From positions 1 to 33,854 of the forward strand of contig JBHLOI010000040.1 of the NCBI GenBank assembly GCA_048940645.1: a stretch of 33,854 nt of DNA. Direction: 5' to 3'. Every line of letters begins with the position of its first letter. Positions within the stretch are counted from its first letter, which is position 1. Shown here piece after piece: positions 1 to 9,715 of this stretch. This DNA is from Promethearchaeota archaeon (GTDB lineage Archaea > Asgardarchaeota > Lokiarchaeia > Sigyniarchaeales > SOKP01). The position numbers and the translations under genes are program-made. The notes under the pieces were generated by a model. That model searched no databases. It had not been told where the DNA came from and saw only the letters and a program-made list of their open reading frames with translations.

Positions 1-1341
1 GAATTAGATTCTCTTGCACCAAAAAGGGATGAAGGGAAAAATCAAGTTGAATCAAGGGTTGTTGCTCAATTATTATCACTTATGGATGGATTAAAAGGGA
101 GAGGAGAGGTAATTGTAATAGGAGCAACTAATAAAGTAAATAATATTGATATTGCATTACGAAGACCCGGAAGGTTTGATAGAGAAATTGAAATAAAGGT
201 CCCAGATAGTAATGGACGTCTTGAAATATTATTAATTCATACCAGAGGAATGCCTTTAGGCGAAGATGTGAACTTAAGATTAATAGCTGAAAAAACTCAC
301 GGGTTTGTTGGAGCAGACATAAAATCACTATGCAAAGAAGCTGCATTTCTTGCTATTCGTGAAATAATTCCTGAAATTGATTTAGATGAACCAGTTCCGG
401 AAGTAGTTTTAAATCAATTAAAAATAAAAATGAGCCACTTTCTTGAAGCTCTAACTAACATTCAGCCCTCAGCCCTAAGAGAAGTTTTGATAACCCATCC
501 TTCAGAAACATGGGATGATGTTGGGGGATTGAGGGAAGCAAAACAAGAATTAAAAGAAATTGTTGAATGGCCCTTAAAATATCCAGAGTTTTATAAATTT
601 ATGAAATCGAGACCTCCTAATGGTATTCTTATATATGGTCTCCCTGGTACTGGAAAAACTTTACTTGCTAAAGCTCTTGCTCATGAAACTGAGATTAATT
701 TTATCTCAGTAAAAGGTCCCGAATTCTTATCTAAATGGGTAGGAGAAAGTGCTAAAGCTGTTCGAGAGGTTTTTAGAAAAGCACGAACCACGGCACCATG
801 TATTATTTTCTTTGATGAGATAGATGCTATCGCATCTAGACGTTCAGAATCTTCTGATTCAAGAGTAACGGATCAGATTGTAGCACAATTTCTAACTGAA
901 ATGGACGGCTTGGAAGAATTGAAAGATGTAGTGTTGATTGCAGCTACTAATAGACCTGATTTGCTCGATCCTGCTTTACTAAGATCAGGGAGATTCGGCA
1001 GACATATTGAAATTCCTCTCCCAGATAAAAATACTCGAATAAATATATTCAAAATTCATCTAAAAAGTCGTCCTATTAATGATAAAATTGATATAGAATC
1101 ATTATCTCAAGAATTAGAAGGATATAGTGGTGCTGATATTGAAGCAGTATGTGAAGAAGCTACAATTTTAGCAATTCGAAGAGGTGTTTTTCATGTTGAT
1201 ATTGATGCATCAGATCCTGATTCTTATTCTAAAATAAAAATTTCCCAAGAAGATTTTGAAAAAGCTATAGCAAAAATCAAAAAAGTTGCAAATAAAGCAA
1301 ATAAATCCTACAGCGAAGTTTCCAGTGAAATATATAGATAA
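1..1341 (+). CDS. cdc48: CDC48/VCP-family AAA+ ATPase, 5'-truncated by the window edge
   Basis: The frame is open from base 1 (ELDSLAPKR...[12 protein letters not shown]). It shows the D1 arginine finger [13 protein letters not shown]2 Walker A GLPGTGKT, Walker B IIFFDEID and [19 protein letters not shown]. The C-terminus ends in an HbYX motif (IYR). Confidence 0.95.
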   Translation, partial: ELDSLAPKRDEGKNQVESRVVAQLLSLMDGLKGRGEVIVIGATNKVNNIDIALRRPGRFDREIEIKVPDSNGRLEILLIHTRGMPLGEDVNLRLIAEKTHGFVGADIKSLCKEAAFLAIREIIPEIDLDEPVPEVVLNQLKIKMSHFLEALTNIQPSALREVLITHPSETWDDVGGLREAKQELKEIVEWPLKYPEFYKFMKSRPPNGILIYGLPGTGKTLLAKALAHETEINFISVKGPEFLSKWVGESAKAVREVFRKARTTAPCIIFFDEIDAIASRRSESSDSRVTDQIVAQFLTEMDGLEELKDVVLIAATNRPDLLDPALLRSGRFGRHIEIPLPDKNTRINIFKIHLKSRPINDKIDIESLSQELEGYSGADIEAVCEEATILAIRRGVFHVDIDASDPDSYSKIKISQEDFEKAIAKIKKVANKANKSYSEVSSEIYR

Positions 1342-1445
1342 ATCGTTTTGAATTCAATTTTCCTAAAAATTTTTAGTAATTAAGATTTAGTACACGTTAG
1401 CCACCTTCAGAAAGAAGTTATGATTTTTTATCTTTATTTATTAAC

Positions 1446-2573
1446 TTAAGTTTTCCATGATTTCAATTTGTTTATCATGGTTTGTTCTGTTCTTGTTATT
1501 TTTGAATGAGAGTATTGCGTAATTTTTTCTTTCATTTTATTTTTAACGGTGTTATCCATTCTTAAAATCTTGATTATCCCTGTTTTAATTGCTCTATCAA
1601 CTATATCCTTTCCTTTTTTAGTTCGAGTTATTACAGTTGTAAATTTATCTTCGGAACCTAATCCTCCAAAAGAAATATCAGCATAAATATTAGTAAAATC
1701 TTTGCAAACCCCACAAGCGGTGCGCATATAATCAGTTAATCTTTCAAAAGGCACATGAATCTTTTTTGGGGGCGCTTTATGATTTTTTAATTCAATAATT
1801 AAATTTTCCTTGATGTTTATTCTCTGAATATTTTTGAATTTAATTTTAAATTGTTTCTCAAATTGTGTTAATTTCGCTTTATCAAAGAAGAAATTCTCAT
1901 AGCAAAATAAGCCAAGGCAAATTTCTATGTTTTCTGATGGTATTATACCTAAGCTTTGCATACATCTAATTGTGTAAATCTGGCATGGGGTTCCAACAAA
2001 TGCTAACTTATTGAATTTATAGTGTTTTAATTTAGGTAATGAACTTATATAGGTGTGAAATTTCTGCACAGTATCTAGTTGTGGTGAAATATCCAATTTT
2101 GTACCTGATGCATCGATTAAATCTTTTTTAGTTTTCGCAATAGTAGCCTCTCTAGAAAAAGGTGATTTTGTTTTTGCTACAATTGCACCATTAATAATTT
2201 TTTTTTCTAATAAGTAATTTATAATTGTGTTTACAACGCCTCCATCTGTCCCATATTTTAAAAATTCTTTATCCATAGATTGACATGAATATATATTATC
2301 TACAAAACCCAAAGGCATTAATAAGAAATCTGAAAAATTAAAAGTTTTATTAAGATCTTCATCTAAAACATGTGTCTGTGGGCAAATAAAATAGCATATA
2401 CCACACTCAAGGCACTTTTCCTTGTTTATGTATCCTGGAGGTGAATTAGGATCCTTAAAACCAATTACTTCGTTTTCTATTGAGTTACAAAAACTCACGC
2501 AACCACCACATTGTTGACAAATTCCAAATTCATGAACCTCTTCTATTAAATCTTGAAAAACTTTAATGTTCAT
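1446..2573 (-). CDS. FrhB/FdhB-family coenzyme F420 hydrogenase/dehydrogenase beta subunit with N-terminal 2x[4Fe-4S] domain
   Basis: CQQCGGCVSFC and CLECGICYFICP ferredoxin motifs, plus TDGGVV, VGTPCQ, GLFCYENF, CGVCKDF and ADISFG motifs typical of FrhB/FdhB. Confidence 0.9.
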   Translation of the reverse strand: MNIKVFQDLIEEVHEFGICQQCGGCVSFCNSIENEVIGFKDPNSPPGYINKEKCLECGICYFICPQTHVLDEDLNKTFNFSDFLLMPLGFVDNIYSCQSMDKEFLKYGTDGGVVNTIINYLLEKKIINGAIVAKTKSPFSREATIAKTKKDLIDASGTKLDISPQLDTVQKFHTYISSLPKLKHYKFNKLAFVGTPCQIYTIRCMQSLGIIPSENIEICLGLFCYENFFFDKAKLTQFEKQFKIKFKNIQRINIKENLIIELKNHKAPPKKIHVPFERLTDYMRTACGVCKDFTNIYADISFGGLGSEDKFTTVITRTKKGKDIVDRAIKTGIIKILRMDNTVKNKMKEKITQYSHSKITRTEQTMINKLKSWKT

Positions 2574-2816
2574 TTTTAAAAATCACTAATTTTTATTATT
2601 AATTTCAAAAATTATTATGACTCTTTTGATTAACTTAATGATCCCTATGATAAATATTGTTGTCATAATATATAAATGTGATCCTTTTCTTATATTGCAT
2701 GTCCATATATAGTCAACTGGATGTTAAATAATCCTAGATCCTCATTATGAGATCGATAGATCTACTGCTGGAAAATGATCAGGCAAAGATCAGATCCATA
2801 CATATGATTAACGAAA

Positions 2817-2834
2817 TGACAAAAAATTTTGTCA
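2817..2834. promoter_or_regulatory. Inverted repeat TGACAAAA-AA-TTTTGTCA, candidate operator in the frhB/hdrA divergent region
   Basis: Perfect 8-bp arms are visible in the sequence. The function is inferred. Confidence 0.35.
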
Positions 2835-3010
2835 AATTTATTAAAATTTCTCTTATCATATTTTTTAAATTTAATTTAAACCATCTTTTTATTGGAATAG
2901 GAGATTAAAAAAAATATTTTATGCTCTATGCAAATTTTTTGTTCTTTCAATTTCATAAATTTGCTATATTACCTATTACTAGTTGGTGATATTTTAAATA
3001 GGTGAATTAA

Positions 3011-5047
3011 ATGTCTGAAATACAGACCAAAGTAAGAATCGGAGTTTATATTTGTAGATGAGGAGTTAATATTAGTTCTTCTATCGATTGTAGTCTTATT
3101 AGAGATTATGTTGAAGCACTACCAAACGTCATTGTTGCTAAAGTAAATGATTTTACTTGTAGTGATCCAGGGCAAAATATTATCAAAAACGATATTTTAG
3201 ATTTAGATTTAAATCGGGTAGTTGTTGCAGCTTGTACACCAAAAATTCATGAATCCACCTACCGATTAGTTTTAGCTCAAGCAGGATTAAACCCTTATTA
3301 CTTCCAAATGGTTAATCTTCGCGAACATTGCTCATTTACTTACTCGGGAAATAAAAGAAGTATTACTGAAAAAGCTATAAGGTTGGTGCAAGCAGGGATA
3401 AATCGTGCCAGAGAATTAGAAATTATACCTCATAAAAAGATATCAGTAGAAAAGTCGGTATTAATTATCGGCGCTGGTATTGCAGGGATGAATGCTGCAT
3501 TAGACTTAGCAAATCATGGAATAAATGCAAATTTAGTTGAAAAGGAAGCCACAATTGGCGGAAAAATGGCACAATTGGATCGAATATATCCTACAGACGA
3601 TTGTGCTATATGAGTTCTAGCACCTATTATGGTTAGTGCTTCAAAACATCCAAATATAAAATTATTTACTTATAGTGAAGTTATTAAATTCGGGGGCATC
3701 CCAGGAAATTATAATGTTAAAATACACAAGAAACCTCGTTTTATAAATGAAAATAAGTGTACAGGTTGTGGATTATGTACGACTAAATGTCCAATAAAAG
3801 TACCTAACGAGTTTAACAGAGGTATTGGGGAAAGAAATGCGATTTACATACCTTTTCCTCAAGCAGTGCCTAGAATTGCTCTAATTGATAAGAATGTATG
3901 TATAGATTGTAAAAATTGTAAAAATTCTTGTCCCGCAGAAGCTATTGAATTAGATCAAAACTCAGAATATATCGATTTAAAAGTTGGTGCGGTAATTATT
4001 GCCACAGGTTGGGATGAATATCCAATTATGAAAAAAAATGAATATAAATATGGCATTTATCCAGATGTTATTACTCAACTAGAGTTAGAACGTATGTTAA
4101 GTCCAGTTGGACCAACCGGTGGTCAAGTGTATAGAATTTCTGATGGGAAAATCCCCAAAACAGTAGCTATGATTCAATGTGTAGGTTCAAGATCCTTAAA
4201 AGGGAATCCCTATTGCTCAGGAGTATGTTGTAATGTGGCACTTAAAAATGCTCAATTGTTAAAGCAAGAATATCCTGATATAGAAATTGTTATTTTTTAT
4301 ATAGATATGCGGACCTGGGATAAAGGAAATGAAGAATATTATAGAAAAGCGAGAGAAGCGGGGATAATGATGATTCGTGGAAAAGTAGGAGACATTCGAG
4401 AAGATACTAGCATAAAGAAAATAAAACTTACAGCTTCTTCAACTTTAACAAATGATTTCATTACCATGAATACCGATTTAGTTGTACTATCTACAGGTAT
4501 GATCCCTTCTAAAAAAACAGCACAAATTATTGAGACATTAAGTATAGCTAAAGATATGAATGGGTTTTTAACTGAAGTTCATGGATGCCTAAAACCTCAA
4601 GAGACAAGTAATTTAGGTATTTATATATGTGGCTGTGCTACTGGACCTAAAAATATCCCTTATTCAGTATCAACTGCATTAGCTGCCGCAAGTAAAGCAT
4701 CTATTTTACTTTCTAAAGATACAATAACTCAAGAATTAATCATCGTTGAAGTAAATGAAAATCTATGTATGGGTTGCCATAGATGTGAAAAACTATGTAA
4801 TTATAAGGCAATAAAAATTAATGGAGATAATATAGCTGAAGTAGACGACTTAAAATGTAAAGGTTGCGGAGTTTGTGTTACATCATGTCCCGCTCGAGCA
4901 ATTGATCTTAAATATTACAGAGATAAACAAATTATTGAAGAGATAAAAGGGATTTGTAGTACTAAACTTGAATATAAGAAAGAATATATTGAATCTATTG
5001 AACTTATTTGGAAAAAGATCGAAGCTTTAGCTCCTTATCAAACATAA
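3011..5047 (+). CDS. hdrA: Heterodisulfide reductase subunit A, selenoprotein (678 aa; Sec at codons 17 and 201)
   Basis: ATG at 3011 follows AGGTGA. One frame runs through TGA 3059-3061 (GVYICR-U-G, where homologs have GVYVCHCG) and TGA 3611-3613 (PTDDCAI-U-VLAP, homologs DCxxCILxP), joining ORFs 3308..3613 and 3629..5047. Motifs: AACTP, NLREHCS, GAGIAG, IQCVGSR, YCSGVCC and ferredoxin repeats. Confidence 0.93.
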
Positions 5048-5048
5048 A

Positions 5049-5117
5049 CTGAAAATGAATGATCCTCTTAAGAAAATGTTAGTTGAGAGGGAACTAATCC
5101 ATAGCATGGGTTTTCAG
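5049..5117 (+). promoter_or_regulatory. SECIS-like element (eukaryote/Loki type) in the hdrA 3' UTR
   Basis: AUGA 5059-5062; stem CCUCUUAA (5064-5071)/UUGAGAGG (5083-5090); A-rich loop GAAAAUGUUAG; GA 5091-5092; outer helix CUGAAAA (5049-5055)/UUUUCAG (5111-5117). Confidence 0.72.
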
Positions 5118-5513
5118 AAAAATATAAAAAAATAAATGGTATGAATTTTTATCATCATGAGTTAGAAAATGGAGTAAGGTTTAAAGCCAGAAAAGTATGG
5201 ATGATGAATATTTTGAATACTGCCAGAAATTTTGGCCATTATTCGAAAATTGCCTTCGAATTGGCAAATAAGATGATATTGAGAGAAAAAATTAAAATTT
5301 CTAATTAATTTTTTTTTAATTTTTAAAATTATTTTCAAGAGATATTTTAAAAACACATCTATTCCTTGATTTAGCCTTCTGAGGATTGAAGGAGATCATC
5401 AAATCTATTTTTTAGAATCTCTAAAACCTTTTAGCTTCTTTTCTTCAAAGAATTTTATTATTCTTATTCAGAAAGCCTCCTAAATTATTATGAAAAATAA
5501 CTAATTAACTAGT

Positions 5514-5600
5514 CGAATAAAGTTCGCTCAATATAGTGATCCCCGAAATGTCTTCGTCCTATTGCTTGAATAATAGGATGATATTCGGCATATTTATAAA
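5514..5600 (+). promoter_or_regulatory. Three phased 13-bp palindromic boxes followed by a TATA box upstream of gdh-1
   Basis: CGAA-TAAAG-TTCG 5514-5526, CGAA-ATGTC-TTCG 5544-5556 and AGGA-TGATA-TTCG 5575-5587 (spacing 30 and 31 bp). TTTATAAA at 5593-5600. Confidence 0.65.
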
Positions 5601-5680
5601 CCTTAAATAACATATATAAAATGAAGAGATATATTCTAATCAATTAAAATAGAATAATTGAAACTGAACCTTATTCGAAA

Positions 5681-7036
5681 ATGTTAGAAGATAAAAAAAA
5701 GGATCAGACAAAAATTGTTTATCCAGAAGCTTTAATTCCTACTGATCAAATTGAAGTTTCTAGAATTGTAGAGAAAGAAATACTAATTGAAACTAACCCA
5801 TTTGAAATGGCAAAAAAACAAATCGATATTGTTGCTAAAAAGATGGGATTAGATCCAAATATAAAGGAATATCTCAAAAGAGTAGAACGCTCACTGATTG
5901 TATCAATTCCAATTATTATGGATGATGGCTCTTTAAAGATATTTGAAGGATATCGGGTACATCATTCTACTGTTAGAGGTCCAGGAAAAGGTGGTATCAG
6001 ATATTCTCCAGATGTCTATTTAGATGAAGTTAAAGCTTTAGCCACGTGGATGACCTTTAAATGTAGTCTGTTAAATTTGCCTTTAGGAGGGGCAAAAGGA
6101 GGAGTCTGCGTAGACCCTCGAAAGTTATCGGAGGGAGAATTAGAGCGTCTAACTCGGAGATATACTGCTGAAATTATAAATGTTATAGGCCCAGATATAG
6201 ATATTCCCGCTCCAGATATTAATACTGGTCCTCAAATTATGGCTTGGATTATGGACACCTATTCTATGCATAAAGGGAGAGCTATTCCTGGAGTAGTTAC
6301 AGGAAAACCAATCGAAATAGGAGGTTCAGTTGGGAGAGAAACTGCAACTGGAATGGGTTTGTTTTATGTCCTCAAAGCTTTATGCAACAAAATAAATATC
6401 GATCTAAAAACCCAGAATATTGTTGTTCAAGGATTTGGAAACGTCGGGGGTCATATTGCTAATATTTTATATGAGAAAGGTTGTAAAATTATCGCTATCT
6501 CGGACATTACTGGAGGTTTATACGCTAAAAGTGGATTAAATATAAAAAAGTTATTAGAATGGAGAAATAGGAATAACTATCTAAAAGATTTTCAAGATGA
6601 AAATTACAAATTTATCACTAATGAAGAGATACTCACAATTAAATGTGATATTTTAATCCCAGCAGCAATAGAAAACCAAATAACACAATCAAATGCTTAT
6701 AATATTAATTGCAAAATTATATTAGAAGGTGCTAATGGACCAACTACTCCAGAAGCAGATAATATTTTGAAGAAAAGGGGAATTATTGTTGTACCTGATA
6801 TTCTTGCCAATGCTGGAGGCGTATGTGTCTCATATTTTGAGTATATTCAAGACATCCATAGTTATTTTTGGAATCTAAACAGAATTAATCAAGAACTAAA
6901 AAATATTCTTGGTGAGGCATTTAAAGATGTTTATAATTTATCTATAGAAAGATCTGTCACTCTTCGTACAGCTGCATATATGATTGCCATTTTAAAGTTA
7001 GCTAAAGCAATCGAATTAAGAGGCATTTTCCCATAA
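5681..7036 (+). CDS. gdhA: Glutamate dehydrogenase (Glu/Leu/Phe/Val family), copy 1, with N-terminal extension
   Basis: GPGKGGIR, MTFK, GGAKGG, PAPD, TGKP, GFGNVG, EGANGP and DILANAGGVCVSYFE motifs. Confidence 0.93.
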   Translation: MLEDKKKDQTKIVYPEALIPTDQIEVSRIVEKEILIETNPFEMAKKQIDIVAKKMGLDPNIKEYLKRVERSLIVSIPIIMDDGSLKIFEGYRVHHSTVRGPGKGGIRYSPDVYLDEVKALATWMTFKCSLLNLPLGGAKGGVCVDPRKLSEGELERLTRRYTAEIINVIGPDIDIPAPDINTGPQIMAWIMDTYSMHKGRAIPGVVTGKPIEIGGSVGRETATGMGLFYVLKALCNKINIDLKTQNIVVQGFGNVGGHIANILYEKGCKIIAISDITGGLYAKSGLNIKKLLEWRNRNNYLKDFQDENYKFITNEEILTIKCDILIPAAIENQITQSNAYNINCKIILEGANGPTTPEADNILKKRGIIVVPDILANAGGVCVSYFEYIQDIHSYFWNLNRINQELKNILGEAFKDVYNLSIERSVTLRTAAYMIAILKLAKAIELRGIFP

Positions 7037-7199
7037 TTTATTCTATTAGTAATTTAACGTCAACCACAAATATTTTAAAATCTGAAAATGATATAACAAT
7101 TTAATTTTTATATAGAAAGAATAAATTCTCTAATGTTTCAAAATCCATAATCTATTAGATAGGAAACCTTTAATTTAATATTTAGAACTTTAAAGGAGG

Positions 7200-7343
7200 T
7201 TGGATAGAATTTTCGAAGAAGAACCCGAGAAGCATTCTAATAAGAAGTTATCTAAATTAGATAATCTACAACATTCTACTTTTAAACAAAATAGTAGTAT
7301 GGATGCAAAAATAAAACATAGAAAAAGAAGAGAAGGAGATTAG
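7200..7343 (+). CDS. Possible small hydrophilic protein (47 aa, TTG start)
   Basis: Open frame MDRIFEEEPEKHSNKK...HRKRREGD with AAGGAGG directly upstream. No recognisable family. Confidence 0.25.
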   Translation: MDRIFEEEPEKHSNKKLSKLDNLQHSTFKQNSSMDAKIKHRKRREGD

Positions 7344-7409
7344 AAATTACTTTAATTAAAAACAGAACTTACTTATTAAATAAACAAGTCCAAGAAATTC
7401 ATAGCAATT

Positions 7410-8348
7410 TTAAACTTTTTTTTGAATTTTAAATTTTACTTTGTGAGTCATTTTATAAATATCTATAAAACTCGATACATTAATTGGGTGTTGAATTCCA
7501 TCTAATGTTTTAATTTCATCATTAATAAATCTCCAGAGATTTTTTTCATCTTTAGCAATAATTTTCACTAATAAATTATGACCTCCTGTTGATGATGTAA
7601 CTAATAGTATATCGTCATAATCAGCTAATTTTTTTGCTACTTCCTCCAATTTCATTGGATCCACAGATAAACCAAGAATAGCTATAGATTCATATCCCAC
7701 TTTAAATGGATCTACAAGAGTATCAAACTTTCTTATGATTCCTTCTTTTATCATATTTTGTACTCGATTATGTATAGTACTAGCAGCTAGATTTACTTTT
7801 TTGCTTAAATCTTTATAAGAGATTCTATAATTTTCTTGTAAATAATTAAGAATTTCTTTATCTTTTTCATCAAATTGAATTTTTAGAACTTTATCTGATA
7901 CTTTTTCATATTCAATTCTGTGCCGTTCAATTGCATACAAGATTGCTCGAGTTAAATTTGGTCCATTAAGTTCACTTTTTACTATATAATCTTGGGCTCC
8001 CTTTTGAAGAGATAGTAATGCAAATTCATTGTCATCTAATCCAGTTAAAATTATTATAGGAATTGCATCGGTAAAACTTAAAACTCTCTCTAAAGTAGAT
8101 TCTCTATCACTATCGGGTAGAGTTAAATCTAATAAAATAACATCAAAGTTTTTAGTTCTGAGATTATTCAAACTTTCAGAAAGCCTAGGATATGCCTCTA
8201 ATTCAAATTTAAATTCTGCAGAATCTTTTAATAATTCTTTAATAAGACGTACATCAGCAGAATTATCTTCAATTAGTAGTATATTAAAATTCTTATTCTC
8301 GATATTATTCACCCAAAAATATTTGTAAAGAGATAAAATCTTTTTCAA
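7410..8348 (-). CDS. Response regulator: REC domain fused to a complete Lrp/AsnC regulator (true start may be GTG at 8312)
   Basis: REC: ILLIEDN, VILLDLTLPD, IIILTG, GAQDYIVK. Then an AsnC HTH (DEKDKEILNYLQ...LAASTIHNRV...GII) and a RAM domain (DPFKVGY...STGGHNL). Confidence 0.9.
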   Translation of the reverse strand: MKKILSLYKYFWVNNIENKNFNILLIEDNSADVRLIKELLKDSAEFKFELEAYPRLSESLNNLRTKNFDVILLDLTLPDSDRESTLERVLSFTDAIPIIILTGLDDNEFALLSLQKGAQDYIVKSELNGPNLTRAILYAIERHRIEYEKVSDKVLKIQFDEKDKEILNYLQENYRISYKDLSKKVNLAASTIHNRVQNMIKEGIIRKFDTLVDPFKVGYESIAILGLSVDPMKLEEVAKKLADYDDILLVTSSTGGHNLLVKIIAKDEKNLWRFINDEIKTLDGIQHPINVSSFIDIYKMTHKVKFKIQKKV

Positions 8349-8635
8349 TTTTATTTTCCTTATTCTGAATAATATTCATTTTAATATAAATAATTATTTT
8401 ATTTAGAATTTAAAGAGATTCATTTTAATTATACCAATTTTAAGAGTAAAAGGCAAATTATAATTATTTTTATAAATTCTAAACTGAAATCTCATTTTTT
8501 GAACTAGAAAATGTGATATTTTTGTTCGCTAAAATTTATTTTATATTGGACAATATTCTAATTATGAAGAATTTTTCCTATGATTTTTTCTCAATCTTTT
8601 TTAAAAATTTATGAATACATAATAAAATAAGAGAA

Positions 8636-9703
8636 ATGATTGTAATGAATTCGAAATTTAAAGAAGAAAGAATAAGACTTGTAATTATTTTAATTTTAAT
8701 TATTATCTCGTGTTTATTAATTTATTCTATCGAGTTAGTACTTAAAACTTCTATCCTAGTTGCACATTTTTTCTATTTCCCTTCAATATTGGCATGTCTA
8801 TGGTGGAAAAAAAAAGGTTTGATTGTTCCTATTTTTTTAGCTATAATACTTATAATTTTTCATATAATTCTGGATTATAGTGTGTTTACCCTAGATACTA
8901 TAAATAATTTTCTGAGAGGTATCTCATTAGTTATTGTTGGAATAGTAGTATCCTTCCTATCTAAACGAATTTCAAGAAGAGAAATCGAGTTTAATGAAAT
9001 TATGGAAGATTTAAGACGTTCCAATGAGGATCTACAACAATTTGCATATGTAGCATCTCACGATCTACAAGAACCTTTACGAGCAATTGTAAGCTTTTCT
9101 CAACTTCTAGAAAATAAATATCAAGATAAAATCGATACGGATGCTAAAGAGTTTATTCACTTTATTACAGACGGAGCAAAAAAAATGAACACCCTTATAA
9201 AAGATTTATTATCATACTCAAGAATCACAACACACGCTCAACCTCCTAAACTAACAAATCTTGAGAATATTTTACAAGATGCTTTATTTAATTTACATGA
9301 ATCAATAAAAGAAAGTGGTGCAGTTATAACTTATGATGAAATGCCAATATTAAAAATAGATAAAACTCAATTTATACAATTATTTCAGAACCTTCTTAGT
9401 AATGCTATAAAATTCCGTAGAAAAGAACCACCTAGAATACATATCGGTTTAAAGAAAATTAATAGCGGATGGTTATTCTCTGTAAAGGATAACGGCATAG
9501 GTATTCAATTAGAATATTTTAAAAAGCTTTTCAATATTTTTTATCGATTACATACTAAAGAAGAATATCCAGGTACAGGGATAGGATTACCCATATGTAA
9601 AAAAATAGTTCAACGATATGGTGGAAAAATATGGGTTGAATCCGAATTTGGTAAAGGATCAACTTTTTTCTTTACAATTTTTCCAGAAAAAATTAAAGAT
9701 TAA
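8636..9703 (+). CDS. Membrane sensor histidine kinase (about 4 TM + HisKA + HATPase)
   Basis: Hydrophobic N-terminus, H-box FAYVASHDLQEPL, N-box NLLSNAIKF, G1 DNGIG, G2 GTGIGL and GKGSTF. Confidence 0.93.
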   Translation: MIVMNSKFKEERIRLVIILILIIISCLLIYSIELVLKTSILVAHFFYFPSILACLWWKKKGLIVPIFLAIILIIFHIILDYSVFTLDTINNFLRGISLVIVGIVVSFLSKRISRREIEFNEIMEDLRRSNEDLQQFAYVASHDLQEPLRAIVSFSQLLENKYQDKIDTDAKEFIHFITDGAKKMNTLIKDLLSYSRITTHAQPPKLTNLENILQDALFNLHESIKESGAVITYDEMPILKIDKTQFIQLFQNLLSNAIKFRRKEPPRIHIGLKKINSGWLFSVKDNGIGIQLEYFKKLFNIFYRLHTKEEYPGTGIGLPICKKIVQRYGGKIWVESEFGKGSTFFFTIFPEKIKD

Positions 9704-9715
9704 TGGTGTGTAATA

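Noticed and set aside
128-346. 72-aa antisense ORF
   Set aside because: It is a shadow of cdc48 with no motifs.
2747-2908. 53-aa ORF MRSIDLLLEND...
   Set aside because: No recognisable motif, a low-complexity AT-rich tail, and it lies in a promoter region.
3308-5047. Two separate ORFs (101 aa and 472 aa), or an hdrA pseudogene
   Set aside because: They share one frame, both stops are TGA at conserved Cys positions, and a SECIS-like element follows. Sec recoding explains this better.
5141-5172. Second SECIS candidate (ATGA ATTTTT...AGAAAAT GGA)
   Set aside because: The stem is weak and AU-only, and the loop lacks the adenosine run.
5162-5356. 64-aa minus-strand ORF
   Set aside because: Low-complexity translation of AT tracts with no other support.
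8029-8328. 99-aa plus-strand ORF
   Set aside because: Antisense shadow of the REC-Lrp gene.
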